53,690 nucleotides of DNA, taken from contig CAZMYG010000003.1 in the NCBI GenBank assembly GCA_964570465.1, positions 7,740 to 61,429 of the forward strand. Direction: 5' to 3'. This document shows positions 1 to 9,991 of this stretch, piece after piece; the stretch's first letter is position 1, and the number at the start of each line of letters is the position of its first letter. The position numbers were made by a program, and so were the translations under genes. The stretch is from an uncultured Planctomycetales bacterium (lineage in GTDB: Bacteria; Planctomycetota; UBA1135; CAZMYG01). The notes beneath the pieces are model-generated. The model was not told the DNA's origin, made no database searches, and saw only the letters and a program-made list of their open reading frames with translations.

Positions 1-557
1 CCACGCGCCTTCGCAAATCGAATCGCGCAAGAATCTCCGATTCCGCCATCGATGTAATGCTGCCCATTTTTCTCTAGCGGCTCAAACACTCCTGGTAGAG
101 CGCAAGAAGAGTACACGGCGTCTGGTACCGAAATGTCGCTGAGCTGAGAAAGTCCCCAGAAAATGTTCGCGCCCGTCTCGAGAGAAATTGTGTTGCAGAA
201 AAATGGTTTCTTTAGTTTGCCAAATTCATGAATGGGTAAAACGCGTTTGAGAAAGGCGTGGAAGTTTTCTCCTTTATAGATATTGGCGACGCGGCCGAAT
301 TTCAGGAATACCTTAAAGAGATTGGATTTGAAGTATTCGCTCTTTGAAATATCGCCAATGATTTCTTCCATTTGATCTGTGGAGAGACCGGCGGCATAGA
401 GCGCTCCAATGACACTGCCCATGCTGGTGCCAATAATCTCGTCAACCTCGATGCCCAGGCGTTTGAGCGCCTTTAGTACACCGATGTGAGCAATGCCGCG
501 CATGCCTCCGCCACCCAACACAAGGGTGATTTTTTTGGGAGTCTTGCGACGGATCAT
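1..557 (-). CDS. Patatin-like phospholipase (3' end truncated by window edge)
   Basis: Not in the ORF track. Manual translation from ATG 557 gives MIRRKTPKKITLVLGGGGMRGIAHIGVLKAL...GTSMGSVIG...HYIDGG: glycine-rich oxyanion loop, GxSxG nucleophile and DGG motif. Confidence 0.92.
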   Translation of the reverse strand, partial: MIRRKTPKKITLVLGGGGMRGIAHIGVLKALKRLGIEVDEIIGTSMGSVIGALYAAGLSTDQMEEIIGDISKSEYFKSNLFKVFLKFGRVANIYKGENFHAFLKRVLPIHEFGKLKKPFFCNTISLETGANIFWGLSQLSDISVPDAVYSSCALPGVFEPLEKNGQHYIDGGIGDSCAIRFAKAR

Positions 558-659
558 CTCGGCTGCACTGAGTACTGAAGTATTTGTAGTAGAAGAAATC
601 ATTTGTTTTGTGGACCGCCACGCCCTATATCGGTGCGCGACGCTATCTATATTTAATTC

Positions 660-2135
660 ATGGGCAAAATTTCTTGGAACGTTCTTTCCCGACTCCCCGC
701 CCGAGATATCCGGGAATTGCAAAACGTCAAACTACAGACGTTCCTACAAAGGCAAATTAACCCTTTTTCTCCCTTCTATCGAGCGCTCTTCGAAAAAAAC
801 CGTATCGATGTTCGAAAAATCCGCAACGTCGAGGATCTCAAAGCGATTCCTTTTACGAGTAAGGCCGATCTTTTGCCTACCCCAGAGCACCCGACCAAGT
901 TTAGGGATTTCATTTTGCAGCCCAATAAGGAGCTGATTTCGAAGCACTGGCCTCTTTCTGCGAAGCTGCCACTCTTATTCGCTGGAAGTGCGGGCGCAAA
1001 GCAAAAGCTCGAATGGGAGTACCGGCCGATTTTTGTAACCTTCACCACAGGTCGTTCCGCCGCTCCGGTTTCTTTTGTCTATTCGCAATACGATCTGCGC
1101 AACTTGGAAGAAAGTGGCAAACGCATGTTAGAGGTTTCTCAGCTTTCTTTGGAGACTCGCGCGGTCAACATGTTTCCCTATGCCCCGCACTTGGCCTTCT
1201 GGCAGGTGAGTTTTGCAGGATTTGCGGCTGGAGTTTTTATTTTAGGAACGGGTGGGGGAAAAGTTCTGGGCACCGCAGGCAATATCCGTGCAATCGAAAG
1301 ATTGCAAGCAGACAGCATTATGGGAATGCCCGGATTCGTCTATCACTGCCTGCGCGAGGCGAAAGCGAGTGGGGTCAAATTTGCTTCTGTGAAAACCATC
1401 ATATTAGGAGCAGAAAAAATCCCTCCAGGCATGCGCGAGAAAATGCTCGAAGTGCTTGGTGGTATGGGTGCATCGCAAGTGAGGATTTTCGGGACTTACG
1501 GTTTTACTGAAGCGCGCATGGCCTTTGTTGAGTGCCCAACTCCTCATGGAGAATCGAGCGGCTATCACCTTTATCCGGATCTTTGTTATTTCGAAGTCAT
1601 CGATCCAAAAACTGGGGAAAGTAAAAAAGATGGAGAGGATGGCGAACTTGTTTTCACAAGCCTAGATGGACGTGGCTCTACTGTGCTGCGCTATCGCACG
1701 GGTGATCTTGTAAAAGGAGGAATTCGTTGGGATCCCTGTTCCTATTGTGGGCGCACAGTACCTCGAATTTCATCCAGTCTCTCTCGCGCTTCCAATAATA
1801 CCGGTCTTAATCTCACCAAGATAAAGGGCACCTTGGTCAGCCTCGATGAACTCGCCGCGATTTTGGGCATGTTCAAAGAAATCGAAGAATGGCAGATTGA
1901 GCTTTGCAAAGAGAAAGATGATCCCTTGGGCTTGGATCAAATCATCGTGTGGCTCTCACTGGCGGAGGGCGCGGATGTGGAATCAATAAAGAAACAGGTT
2001 CGCGAGAAAATGGTTTCGATTGTCGAAATTGCTCCAAACCGCATGGAAGTGATTCCCTTGAAAGAACTGCTTCAGCGACTCGGCATGGAATCCGAAATAA
2101 AGGAGAAGCGTTTTCTCGATCGTCGACCGAAATAG
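660..2135 (+). CDS. Phenylacetate-CoA ligase (PaaK)-like adenylate-forming enzyme
   Basis: IPFTSKADL, YGFTE, GELVFTSL and LRYRTGD motifs of the PaaK family. The P-loop is atypical (FTTGRSAAP). Confidence 0.8.
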   Translation: MGKISWNVLSRLPARDIRELQNVKLQTFLQRQINPFSPFYRALFEKNRIDVRKIRNVEDLKAIPFTSKADLLPTPEHPTKFRDFILQPNKELISKHWPLSAKLPLLFAGSAGAKQKLEWEYRPIFVTFTTGRSAAPVSFVYSQYDLRNLEESGKRMLEVSQLSLETRAVNMFPYAPHLAFWQVSFAGFAAGVFILGTGGGKVLGTAGNIRAIERLQADSIMGMPGFVYHCLREAKASGVKFASVKTIILGAEKIPPGMREKMLEVLGGMGASQVRIFGTYGFTEARMAFVECPTPHGESSGYHLYPDLCYFEVIDPKTGESKKDGEDGELVFTSLDGRGSTVLRYRTGDLVKGGIRWDPCSYCGRTVPRISSSLSRASNNTGLNLTKIKGTLVSLDELAAILGMFKEIEEWQIELCKEKDDPLGLDQIIVWLSLAEGADVESIKKQVREKMVSIVEIAPNRMEVIPLKELLQRLGMESEIKEKRFLDRRPK

Positions 2136-2163
2136 AAACAAAGGATTAGGTTAGGGGAGTCAT

Positions 2164-3453
2164 TTGAAAAGATTGGCGGTTTTGGGAGGGGTGCGCAGCC
2201 CATTCTGTAAAGCAGGTTCTTCGCTGCGTTCACTCTCTGCGTCGGATCTAGGCGTTGCCGTAACTCGGGAATTGCTTGCGCGAATTCCGATCGATGCTTC
2301 AGAGATCGATGAAGTTATTTTCGGTTGCGGCGGTCCCTCTTCTACAGAAGCGAACATTTCTCGCGTGATTGCCTTGCGGGCGGGAATTCCCCAAGAAGTC
2401 ACCGCGATGACGGTACAGCGCAATTGCGCTTCTGCTTTTGAATCGATCACCTCAGCACAAATTCGTCTCGAAGCGGGCCGTGGAGAGCTATTTCTCGTCG
2501 GCGGTACAGAGTCGATGTCGAATTATCCACTCATCATGGGCACTGAGCTCACGGCCTTTTTTGAGCGTTTGATGAAATCGCGTTCTATTGGCCAAAAGCT
2601 CGGAACTTTCCTTTCTTTCCGCCCGCGATTTCTCGCTCCGCGAATTGCTGTGGTCGAAGGTCTCACCGATGCCACATGTGGAATGATTATGGGCATGACG
2701 GCAGAGGTGCTGGCACGCGAATTCGGAGTCACGCGCGACGAGCAAGATCAATTCGCTTTAGAAAGTCATCAGCGTGTTACGGATGGTTATCGAACTAGCA
2801 GTTTTGTCGAGGAAGTTTGTGCGGTCTACGCGCAGGAGAAAGGAAAGACGATTCCGGTCTCTGCAGACAATGGTCATCGCACGGATCAGAACATTGAAGC
2901 TCTGAGAAAGTTGAAACCTTATTTTGATCGTCGTCATGGCACCGTTACAGTTGGAAATGCGAGCCAACTCACCGATGGAGCCGTCGCACTACTTGTTTGC
3001 TCTGAAGAAAAAGCAAAATCCTTAGGGATCGAGCCCTTGGGATTCTTGCGCGATCATGCCTATGCCGGACTCGATCCACGCAAAATGGGTCTGGGTCCTG
3101 TTTACGCTACGGCAAAACTGTTTCAACAAACCGGCTACACGATGAAACAGGTTGATCTCGTTGAACTCAATGAAGCCTTCGCGGCGCAAGTGATTGCTTG
3201 TGAGCGTGCTTTCGCTTCCAAAGAATTTGCGAAGAAGGAATTGGGTTTGGATCAAGAGTTGGGTGTCATCGATCGAGCAAAACTGAATGTACACGGCGGC
3301 GCAATTGCTTTTGGGCATCCAGTCGGTGCGACGGGTTCACGTTTGGTACTCACCGCGCTTCTCGAAATGAAACGCAAGAATCTTTCTGTTGGCTTGGCCA
3401 CTCTATGTATTGGTGGAGGACAAGGCGGCGCTCTGTTGCTGGAGAGAAAATGA
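2164..3453 (+). CDS. fadI: Acetyl-CoA C-acyltransferase (3-ketoacyl-CoA thiolase, FadI-like)
   Basis: RNCAS active-site Cys, NEAFAAQ, GHPVGATG and CIGGGQG motifs. TTG start with GGGGAG upstream. Coupled to the FadJ-like gene. Confidence 0.9.
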   Translation: MKRLAVLGGVRSPFCKAGSSLRSLSASDLGVAVTRELLARIPIDASEIDEVIFGCGGPSSTEANISRVIALRAGIPQEVTAMTVQRNCASAFESITSAQIRLEAGRGELFLVGGTESMSNYPLIMGTELTAFFERLMKSRSIGQKLGTFLSFRPRFLAPRIAVVEGLTDATCGMIMGMTAEVLAREFGVTRDEQDQFALESHQRVTDGYRTSSFVEEVCAVYAQEKGKTIPVSADNGHRTDQNIEALRKLKPYFDRRHGTVTVGNASQLTDGAVALLVCSEEKAKSLGIEPLGFLRDHAYAGLDPRKMGLGPVYATAKLFQQTGYTMKQVDLVELNEAFAAQVIACERAFASKEFAKKELGLDQELGVIDRAKLNVHGGAIAFGHPVGATGSRLVLTALLEMKRKNLSVGLATLCIGGGQGGALLLERK

Positions 3454-5564
3454 CAGAGAAATCGAGCAGCGTGAGCGCCCAAATCGACTCGAAAGGTCTC
3501 GCCGTTTTAACTCTTGGCGATGCCGCAGTGAAAGTCACCGTTCTCACTCACGAGCTCATCGACAATTTAGAGAAAGAAATCGCTCGCTTGGAATCCAATC
3601 CTTCGGTGAAGGGACTTGTCATTCGCGGTTGTCGCGACGAGATGTTTGCTGCAGGGGCGGATATTGAATCGATTCGCGATGTGACCGATTCGGCAGAAGG
3701 GGAAAAATTGGCTCGTAAAGGGCAGATGATCTTCCATCGAATTTCAAAACTGCCTTTTCCTACAGTTGCAGCGATTGGCGGCCCTTGTCTTGGTGGGGGT
3801 TTCGAACTTGCGCTTGCCTGCCGTTATCGTGTGGGCTCCGATCACGAGAAAACGCGAATTGGATTACCAGAAGTAAAACTCGGCATTCTTCCCGGTTTTG
3901 GAGGAACGCAGAGACTGCCGCGATTAATCGGAATGCCCGGAGCTCTACAGGCAATTCTCACTGGACGAATGTACGAACCGATTCCTGCGATGAAGGCAGG
4001 ATTGATTGATGAAGTTGTACCCGTTGCGTATTTGCTTCAATATGCCGGCGCGCTCGCTTTGGGGCAGATTTCTAAATCGCCTCGCAATGGATTTCGAGCT
4101 TGGTTTGAAGGCAATCCCTTATTGCGATCCTTCGCGGCTTCGCAAGCGCGCAAGCAAGTACAAAAAGAAACAAAGGGGAAATATCCCGCTCCGCTCGCGG
4201 CGATTGATTCGGTTGTATTTGGTTTAGGGTCTGGTCTCGAGCGAGGTCTTGAAAACGAAGCGCGATTACTTGGCAAACTGATTGTGTCGCCAGAAAGCAA
4301 ATCGCTTGTTCATCTGTTTTTCCTGACAGAAAAATCGAAACGCGCGGCATCAGCGGCAGAAAATTCTGCACCGATCACCCAGGCCGCAGTGGTTGGCGCT
4401 GGAGTCATGGGCGCAGGCATCGCCATTGCGATGGTGGATAAAGGAATCACTACACGTTTGCGCGATCTCAATCCGGATTTTGTTTCGAAGGGGATTGAAC
4501 AGGCTCGAGGGTTTTTCAAATCGCGTGTGAAAAAGAAACGATTGAGCGCGACGGAAATGCAGGCGAATCTCGATCGATTGATTCCTGCGATTACTCCGGC
4601 GAGTTTGAAGCCCGCGGAATTAGTCATCGAGGCAGTCGCTGAAAAGATAGAAATCAAAAATGCGGTTTTCCGCCAAGTCGCGAGCGAACTTTCCTCGGAT
4701 TCAATTCTCGCGACCAATACGAGTTCGCTTTCGGTGTCGCAGATGCAGAAGGAATTGCCTCATCCACAGAGAGTGGTAGGGATACATTTCTTCAATCCAG
4801 TCGACAAAATGCCACTCGTTGAAATTGTGCGCGGAGAAAAAACGGATTCTTTAGTGGTTGCGCGCTCCGCAGCGCTTGCAGTTAGGCTCGGTAAATTCCC
4901 GGTCGTTGTGAAGGATTCGCCTGGTTTCTTGGTCAATCGAATTCTCGCTCCTTATCTCAATGAGGCGGCGCATCTTTTAGGAGAGGGCGTACCGATGCGA
5001 GAAATTGATGCAGCAGCAGAATCTTTTGGCATGCCGATGGGACCAATCACTCTTCTTGACGAAGTGGGACTCGATATCGCGAGCTCTGCAGGGAAAACCA
5101 TGTTGGCGGCGTTTGGCGATCGCATGAAAGCGCCGTCGCATTTGGATCGTTTGCTAGAAGCGGGGCGAAAAGGCAAGAAAAGTGGGGCTGGATTTTATTT
5201 ACATCAAAAAGGTAAAAGGCTCGACGATCCGCAGGTTGGGAAAATACTTGGCCTTTCTGCTCAGAGGAAGATTTCCAGAGAAGAGATTATTGATCGTTTA
5301 GTTTTGCCGATCGTCAACGAAGCGTTGCGCTGCCTTGAAGAGAAAGTCGCAGACTCGGCCGATGATGTCGACTTGGGATCGGTGATGGGATTTGGCTTTG
5401 CCCCTTTTCGTGGAGGGGTGCTTCGTTTCGCAGAGGCCGAAGGATTCTCGAAAATACACGAAAAACTCAATAAATTTAAAAATAATTTAGGAAGTCGCTT
5501 TTCTCCATGCCAGCTTTTGGAGTCTCTTTCTCAGCAAAAGTCTAAATTGCCGAGACATTCCTAA
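3450..5564 (+). CDS. fadJ: Fatty-acid oxidation multifunctional enzyme alpha subunit (enoyl-CoA hydratase/3-hydroxyacyl-CoA dehydrogenase)
   Basis: AGADI, GGGFELALAC and GLPEVKLGILPGFGGTQRLPRL (crotonase); GAGVMG, ATNTSS and HFFNP (HAD). Start moved to ATG 3450, which forms an ATGA overlap with the thiolase stop. Confidence 0.93.
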   Translation: MTEKSSSVSAQIDSKGLAVLTLGDAAVKVTVLTHELIDNLEKEIARLESNPSVKGLVIRGCRDEMFAAGADIESIRDVTDSAEGEKLARKGQMIFHRISKLPFPTVAAIGGPCLGGGFELALACRYRVGSDHEKTRIGLPEVKLGILPGFGGTQRLPRLIGMPGALQAILTGRMYEPIPAMKAGLIDEVVPVAYLLQYAGALALGQISKSPRNGFRAWFEGNPLLRSFAASQARKQVQKETKGKYPAPLAAIDSVVFGLGSGLERGLENEARLLGKLIVSPESKSLVHLFFLTEKSKRAASAAENSAPITQAAVVGAGVMGAGIAIAMVDKGITTRLRDLNPDFVSKGIEQARGFFKSRVKKKRLSATEMQANLDRLIPAITPASLKPAELVIEAVAEKIEIKNAVFRQVASELSSDSILATNTSSLSVSQMQKELPHPQRVVGIHFFNPVDKMPLVEIVRGEKTDSLVVARSAALAVRLGKFPVVVKDSPGFLVNRILAPYLNEAAHLLGEGVPMREIDAAAESFGMPMGPITLLDEVGLDIASSAGKTMLAAFGDRMKAPSHLDRLLEAGRKGKKSGAGFYLHQKGKRLDDPQVGKILGLSAQRKISREEIIDRLVLPIVNEALRCLEEKVADSADDVDLGSVMGFGFAPFRGGVLRFAEAEGFSKIHEKLNKFKNNLGSRFSPCQLLESLSQQKSKLPRHS

Positions 5565-5776
5565 CCTGATGGAAATCAATCCCTTATAGCTCTCAAAAAT
5601 CTTCGCCTTCCATTTCGCAACTCCGACCCCAAAAAGGACTCATTTCCCGCATCAAAAAGAGCCGAAATAGCTAGCAGCAAAAAGCCATTGCATCGGGAGC
5701 AGTGGAGTATAGTTGAAGTAAGGGAGAACCTGGCCTGAGCCCGGATGCGCGGGTGAGGAGCTAGGAAGCGAAGACA

Positions 5777-6892
5777 ATGAAGTTTGGCAGAATATACATC
5801 TTGTTTGTTGCAACGTGCTTGGGCTGTGTAGCACCAGGTATGGATTCACCAAACCTTTCCTCAAGTCCTCTCCCGAAAAAATCCGCTTTCCAAGCACAGC
5901 TTGGTATTCGAGTTGCCTCGCCGGCTTATTCCTCCGATTTGCTTCCCAGGGCATACGATTCCGTTCGTAGTGTTTCTTGGAGTGATCGAAACGATTTGAG
6001 CACGCTTTCACTGGCTAGCGCGCCCAGCGCTCACGAGCTCGGCGGTATTGTCAAAATCGAAACGATTTCTTCCGAGCCCGTTCGCGATGTCGAGATTTCG
6101 ACTTTCTTGTCTCATTACGCCCCGATTTCTTTTTCTGAATCGGGAGTTGAGTCTGCGAATCGTCGCTTCGATTCTCAGTTGAGCGATACGCGCTTTTGGC
6201 ATCAGCTTGTGGATGGTTTTCATGCAAGCTCTCAAGACATGTGGAAAAGCGATTTGCGAAACATACTCGACTCTTCCCCGATGCGATATTCAGGAGGAGA
6301 CGATCTGGCGCTTGTTGCAGAATTAGGAGACCCGTTTTCTCCTGAACGTAGTTTTTATGCGCAAAATCGTGCAGATCGCTTGTTCCGTTCGGCACTACGC
6401 GATTCTGTGAAGCATAGTGATCTTGGCAGCCGTCTCATCGAAGAGCTCAAAAACTGGCGTGAAGAGCCGTTGCGTTTTGCTCTAGCCCTTCTAGGTGGTG
6501 CTCTTGAACAGCAGACGCCTGAAGGTGGAACGTTGAGTTTGGGTCCGGATTGGAGCGAGTTACAAGACTCCGATAGCCCCGCAGAAATTCTCCGTGCGCG
6601 ATATGTGTTTGGACCTTTTGAAGCCCGAGCGGAGTTGCGCGAAGCTTGGGTGCGCTGCCGTACAGAATGGCAAGGATTCACTTGGTTTGCCAAAGCCTCC
6701 CAGAGATATCTGGAAGACGATCACAAACTATTGCTTGGTGTTCAAAGAAGGCTTGATGGGACGACCGTGATTCGCGTGATTGGCGGAACCGGTATTTGCG
6801 GAGAAAGCCTGACTGGGGAGATTCCGTTCCCAGAAGCTCCGAAACGAGAACGAACGGTTGGGGTCATCGCCTATTTAGAACGTCGTTTTTAG
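5777..6892 (+). CDS. Hypothetical exported (lipo)protein with possible C-terminal beta-barrel
   Basis: Lipobox-like CLGC after a hydrophobic N-terminus. Amphipathic beta-like C-terminal segments end in VIAYLERRF. Confidence 0.6.
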   Translation: MKFGRIYILFVATCLGCVAPGMDSPNLSSSPLPKKSAFQAQLGIRVASPAYSSDLLPRAYDSVRSVSWSDRNDLSTLSLASAPSAHELGGIVKIETISSEPVRDVEISTFLSHYAPISFSESGVESANRRFDSQLSDTRFWHQLVDGFHASSQDMWKSDLRNILDSSPMRYSGGDDLALVAELGDPFSPERSFYAQNRADRLFRSALRDSVKHSDLGSRLIEELKNWREEPLRFALALLGGALEQQTPEGGTLSLGPDWSELQDSDSPAEILRARYVFGPFEARAELREAWVRCRTEWQGFTWFAKASQRYLEDDHKLLLGVQRRLDGTTVIRVIGGTGICGESLTGEIPFPEAPKRERTVGVIAYLERRF

Positions 6893-6899
6893 AAGTTTT

Positions 6900-7925
6900 A
6901 TGAAGTTTCAAAACTGTCCGAGTCCTTTCTTCTGGGCTCGGACAGTTTTGTTTTTAGGCGTAGCGCTCTTCTTGAATGCTTGCACAGTTGTTCCTGCAGC
7001 GCCACCTCGCCCTGCGTTGCCGCTTCCTGAAGAAATTGCCAAACGCTTCGAACATCCGATTCTGCCCGCCTCGATCGATTTTTTTCGCGAGAAACGTTAC
7101 GAGAGATATACCCGACGCTGGGGCGAGTTCCGTGGAATCGACGGGCTCTCGGTGCCTTTTGAGTACTACATTCCTCACGGAGCTAAGGATGCCCCCTTCG
7201 GGCTTGTGCTGCCCTATCTCGATGGAAGTTATCTCTTACCTCGGTTGATTTGCCGAAATCTAGCTCAACACGGCGTAGTCGCGGCCTTTCTTGAAAGACC
7301 GGGAGAAGTACTTTCTCCACGGCAACGTGGCGCAGATCTCGAACAAATGGCTCGCGAGACCGTGTCCCGCTATCGTGCCTTTATCGATTGGGTCAGCGAG
7401 CGCTCCGAAGTCGACCATCAAAAAATTGGAGTTGTCGGGGTCAGCATGGGTGGAATGCTCGGCACAATTCTTCAAGCCGTTGACCCGCGCATCGCAAAAT
7501 CGGTTTTGATTCTTCCTGGCTGCAATGTGCCTGAAATTCTCTTGCGCTCTCAGGAAGAGAAAGTGCTCGACTATCTTAGTTTTCGTAGACTTCGAGAATC
7601 GCTAACGCCCGAAGAAATTGCGGAAGAGTTTCGTGAGCAATTTCTTTCGGATCCGGCTGAACTGGCGCCTTACGTGGATTCGCGTGGCGTACTGATGATC
7701 TCCGCTCGTTACGACACGGTTATTCCTAGAGAGTCTTCTGACATGCTTTGGAGTTTGTTAGGAAAGCCAACTCGAGTTTGGTTGCCGACGGGACATTACA
7801 CGGCAGGACTTTGTCTTCCTTATCTCGAGCACAAAATTGTGCAGCATTTTAGCTCGCCTTGGGAATCGCTAAAGCTTAGCGCGCCTGAACCTGAACTAAG
7901 AACCGCCTCGCACGCGGCGCCTTAA
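6900..7925 (+). CDS. Alpha/beta-hydrolase family lipoprotein (esterase/lipase)
   Basis: LNAC lipobox; GVSMGG nucleophile elbow; YDTVIP Asp; TGHY His. Confidence 0.85.
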   Translation: MKFQNCPSPFFWARTVLFLGVALFLNACTVVPAAPPRPALPLPEEIAKRFEHPILPASIDFFREKRYERYTRRWGEFRGIDGLSVPFEYYIPHGAKDAPFGLVLPYLDGSYLLPRLICRNLAQHGVVAAFLERPGEVLSPRQRGADLEQMARETVSRYRAFIDWVSERSEVDHQKIGVVGVSMGGMLGTILQAVDPRIAKSVLILPGCNVPEILLRSQEEKVLDYLSFRRLRESLTPEEIAEEFREQFLSDPAELAPYVDSRGVLMISARYDTVIPRESSDMLWSLLGKPTRVWLPTGHYTAGLCLPYLEHKIVQHFSSPWESLKLSAPEPELRTASHAAP

Positions 7926-8443
7926 TTCTCAGATCCAACAATCGTGATCAACACATCCCCGCCGCCGACAGCCTGTCCCGCTTTGACATGAATTTTCTGC
8001 ACCTTGCCCGGCGCATCGGCACGAATTTCATTTTGCATTTTCATCGCTTCGAGAATGAGCAAGGGTTGATCTGCGGTGACGGTGTCGCCCTCTTGAACCA
8101 TCAGTTTTGCAATGATTCCAGGCATTAATGCAGGAATCGTGCGAACACCTCCGGTTGCTGGGCCCCTTGTAAGTAATTCGGCCGCGCGCTCGCGTTCGTC
8201 TTCAAGTTTGATTTGAAATACTTCACCTGCGAGACCAACTGTGTACTTTCCTAACTCTCCATCAATCGAAGCGGCATAAGAACGTTGATCGACTGAAACG
8301 GCGTATTGGCCGAGTCCGTCTACTTCTGCGTAATTGATGAGATGTCGCTTTTCATTGCCGATTCGAGCGAAGAGCTTGCCTTCGACTTCTTCGAGATGGA
8401 CTTCGATTTCTCTCTGCTCGTTGACCTTTACGAAGTATTTCAT
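7922..8443 (-). CDS. Biotin carboxyl carrier protein of acyl-CoA carboxylase
   Basis: EAMKM biotinylation motif; directly downstream of the biotin carboxylase. Confidence 0.92.
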   Translation of the reverse strand: MKYFVKVNEQREIEVHLEEVEGKLFARIGNEKRHLINYAEVDGLGQYAVSVDQRSYAASIDGELGKYTVGLAGEVFQIKLEDERERAAELLTRGPATGGVRTIPALMPGIIAKLMVQEGDTVTADQPLLILEAMKMQNEIRADAPGKVQKIHVKAGQAVGGGDVLITIVGSEN

Positions 8444-9948
8444 CGCGCTCTCCCTCGCAATCGCTCGAGTCTTGATTGAAGCACCCAGGGGGAAACTCCT
8501 GATCCTTCTTTACCGCCACCGATTTTCAAAGAGCGACGTCTTCGTCGCAAATGCCGGTGAACGGCGGAGACAATAGCTGCGGCTTCTTCGGATTCTGGGT
8601 TGGCAAGCGAGGGTTTGAATCGTTCCAAATAATGCGTATCGAACTCTCCTTTTCGGAAAGAAGCATCCTTCAGCACACGCAACGCATAAGGAACACCGGT
8701 GCGCACGCCTCCGACATAAAATTCCCGCAACGCGCGTTCCATACGCAAAATGGCGGCCTGTCGGTCTTCTGCCCAAACAATCGCTTTCGCTAGCATCGAG
8801 TCATAGAAAGGCGTTACCACCTGCCCGCGATAAAGAGCAGAATCAATTCGTACCCAAGGTCCTCCGGGGAATCGAAGATTCACAATCGTTCCTGTCGAAG
8901 GCATGAAGTTTTTAGTGGGGTCCTCTGCGTTGACCCGCACTTCAATGGAATGCCCACGAGGAGTTGTTTGATCTTGTTTGATCGAGAGCTTTTCTCCTGA
9001 GGCGATTCGGATTTGTTCACGAACGAGATCGATGCCGGTCACCATTTCGGAAATCGGGTGCTCTACTTGAAGGCGCGCATTCACTTCAATGAAGTAGAAC
9101 TGCCCCCCGGCGTAGAGAAACTCCACCGTCCCCGCGTTTACATAACCAGTAGCCTTGGCAATGCGAATGGCGGAGTCTTGTAATTGAGCGCGAGTTTTTT
9201 CATCCACAATTGGCGAGGGGGTTTCTTCAATCAGTTTTTGATGTCGTCGTTGTATTGAGCATTCTCTTTCGGCGAGTGCTACCGTATTTCCGTGACGATC
9301 GGCAAGAATCTGTACTTCAATGTGTCGAGGACGATCTAGATATTTTTCCAGATAGAGCCTGCCGTCACCAAAAGCGGCTTTGGCTTCACCACTTGCCGTA
9401 CGGAATGCAGATTCAAACTCTTTTTCCTCGCGCACGACGCGAATCCCGCGTCCACCGCCACCCGCGGCGGCTTTTAGAACAACGGGATAGCCAATTTTCT
9501 TTGCCTCAGTGCTCGCCTCTACGGGATCTCCGATGGGATCCACCGGGCCAGGGACAACTTGTACACCAGCTTTTTTTGCGGCGCGTTTCGCTTCGATTTT
9601 GTCGCCCACTGCCTGCATAGTCGCTGGCGTTGGACCAACAAAGGTGATTTTTGCGTCGGCACAGGCTTTGGCAAATTCCGGGTTCTCGGAGAGAAAGCCA
9701 TAGCCAGGGTGAACGGCATCGACGCCAGCCTTTTTGGCTACATCAACGATCTTATCGATGCGCAAATAGGACTCTCGTGCTGGAGAAGGCCCGATCGGGT
9801 AAGCCTCCCTCGCCATTCTTACGTGCAGAGACGTGCGATCGGATTCGGAATAGACGGCAACCGTTGTAATACCCATCTCCCGGCAGCTGCGGATGACTCG
9901 GAGTGCGATTTCCCCACGGTTTGCGATAAGTAGTTTCTTGAAGGCCAT
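8440..9948 (-). CDS. accC: Biotin carboxylase subunit (acetyl/propionyl-CoA carboxylase)
   Basis: LIANRGEIA, HPGYGFLSEN, GGGGRG, ECSIQRRHQK and EVNARLQVEHP motifs. Confidence 0.95.
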   Translation of the reverse strand: MAFKKLLIANRGEIALRVIRSCREMGITTVAVYSESDRTSLHVRMAREAYPIGPSPARESYLRIDKIVDVAKKAGVDAVHPGYGFLSENPEFAKACADAKITFVGPTPATMQAVGDKIEAKRAAKKAGVQVVPGPVDPIGDPVEASTEAKKIGYPVVLKAAAGGGGRGIRVVREEKEFESAFRTASGEAKAAFGDGRLYLEKYLDRPRHIEVQILADRHGNTVALAERECSIQRRHQKLIEETPSPIVDEKTRAQLQDSAIRIAKATGYVNAGTVEFLYAGGQFYFIEVNARLQVEHPISEMVTGIDLVREQIRIASGEKLSIKQDQTTPRGHSIEVRVNAEDPTKNFMPSTGTIVNLRFPGGPWVRIDSALYRGQVVTPFYDSMLAKAIVWAEDRQAAILRMERALREFYVGGVRTGVPYALRVLKDASFRKGEFDTHYLERFKPSLANPESEEAAAIVSAVHRHLRRRRRSLKIGGGKEGSGVSPWVLQSRLERLRGRAR

Positions 9949-9991
9949 AAAGGCCTAAGAAAATAGCATCGAGATTGAGTTTTTTACAGGG

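Noticed and set aside
5700-5776. Possible structured leader upstream of the barrel-like gene
   Set aside because: Only one imperfect GC-rich stem and no recognisable riboswitch motif.
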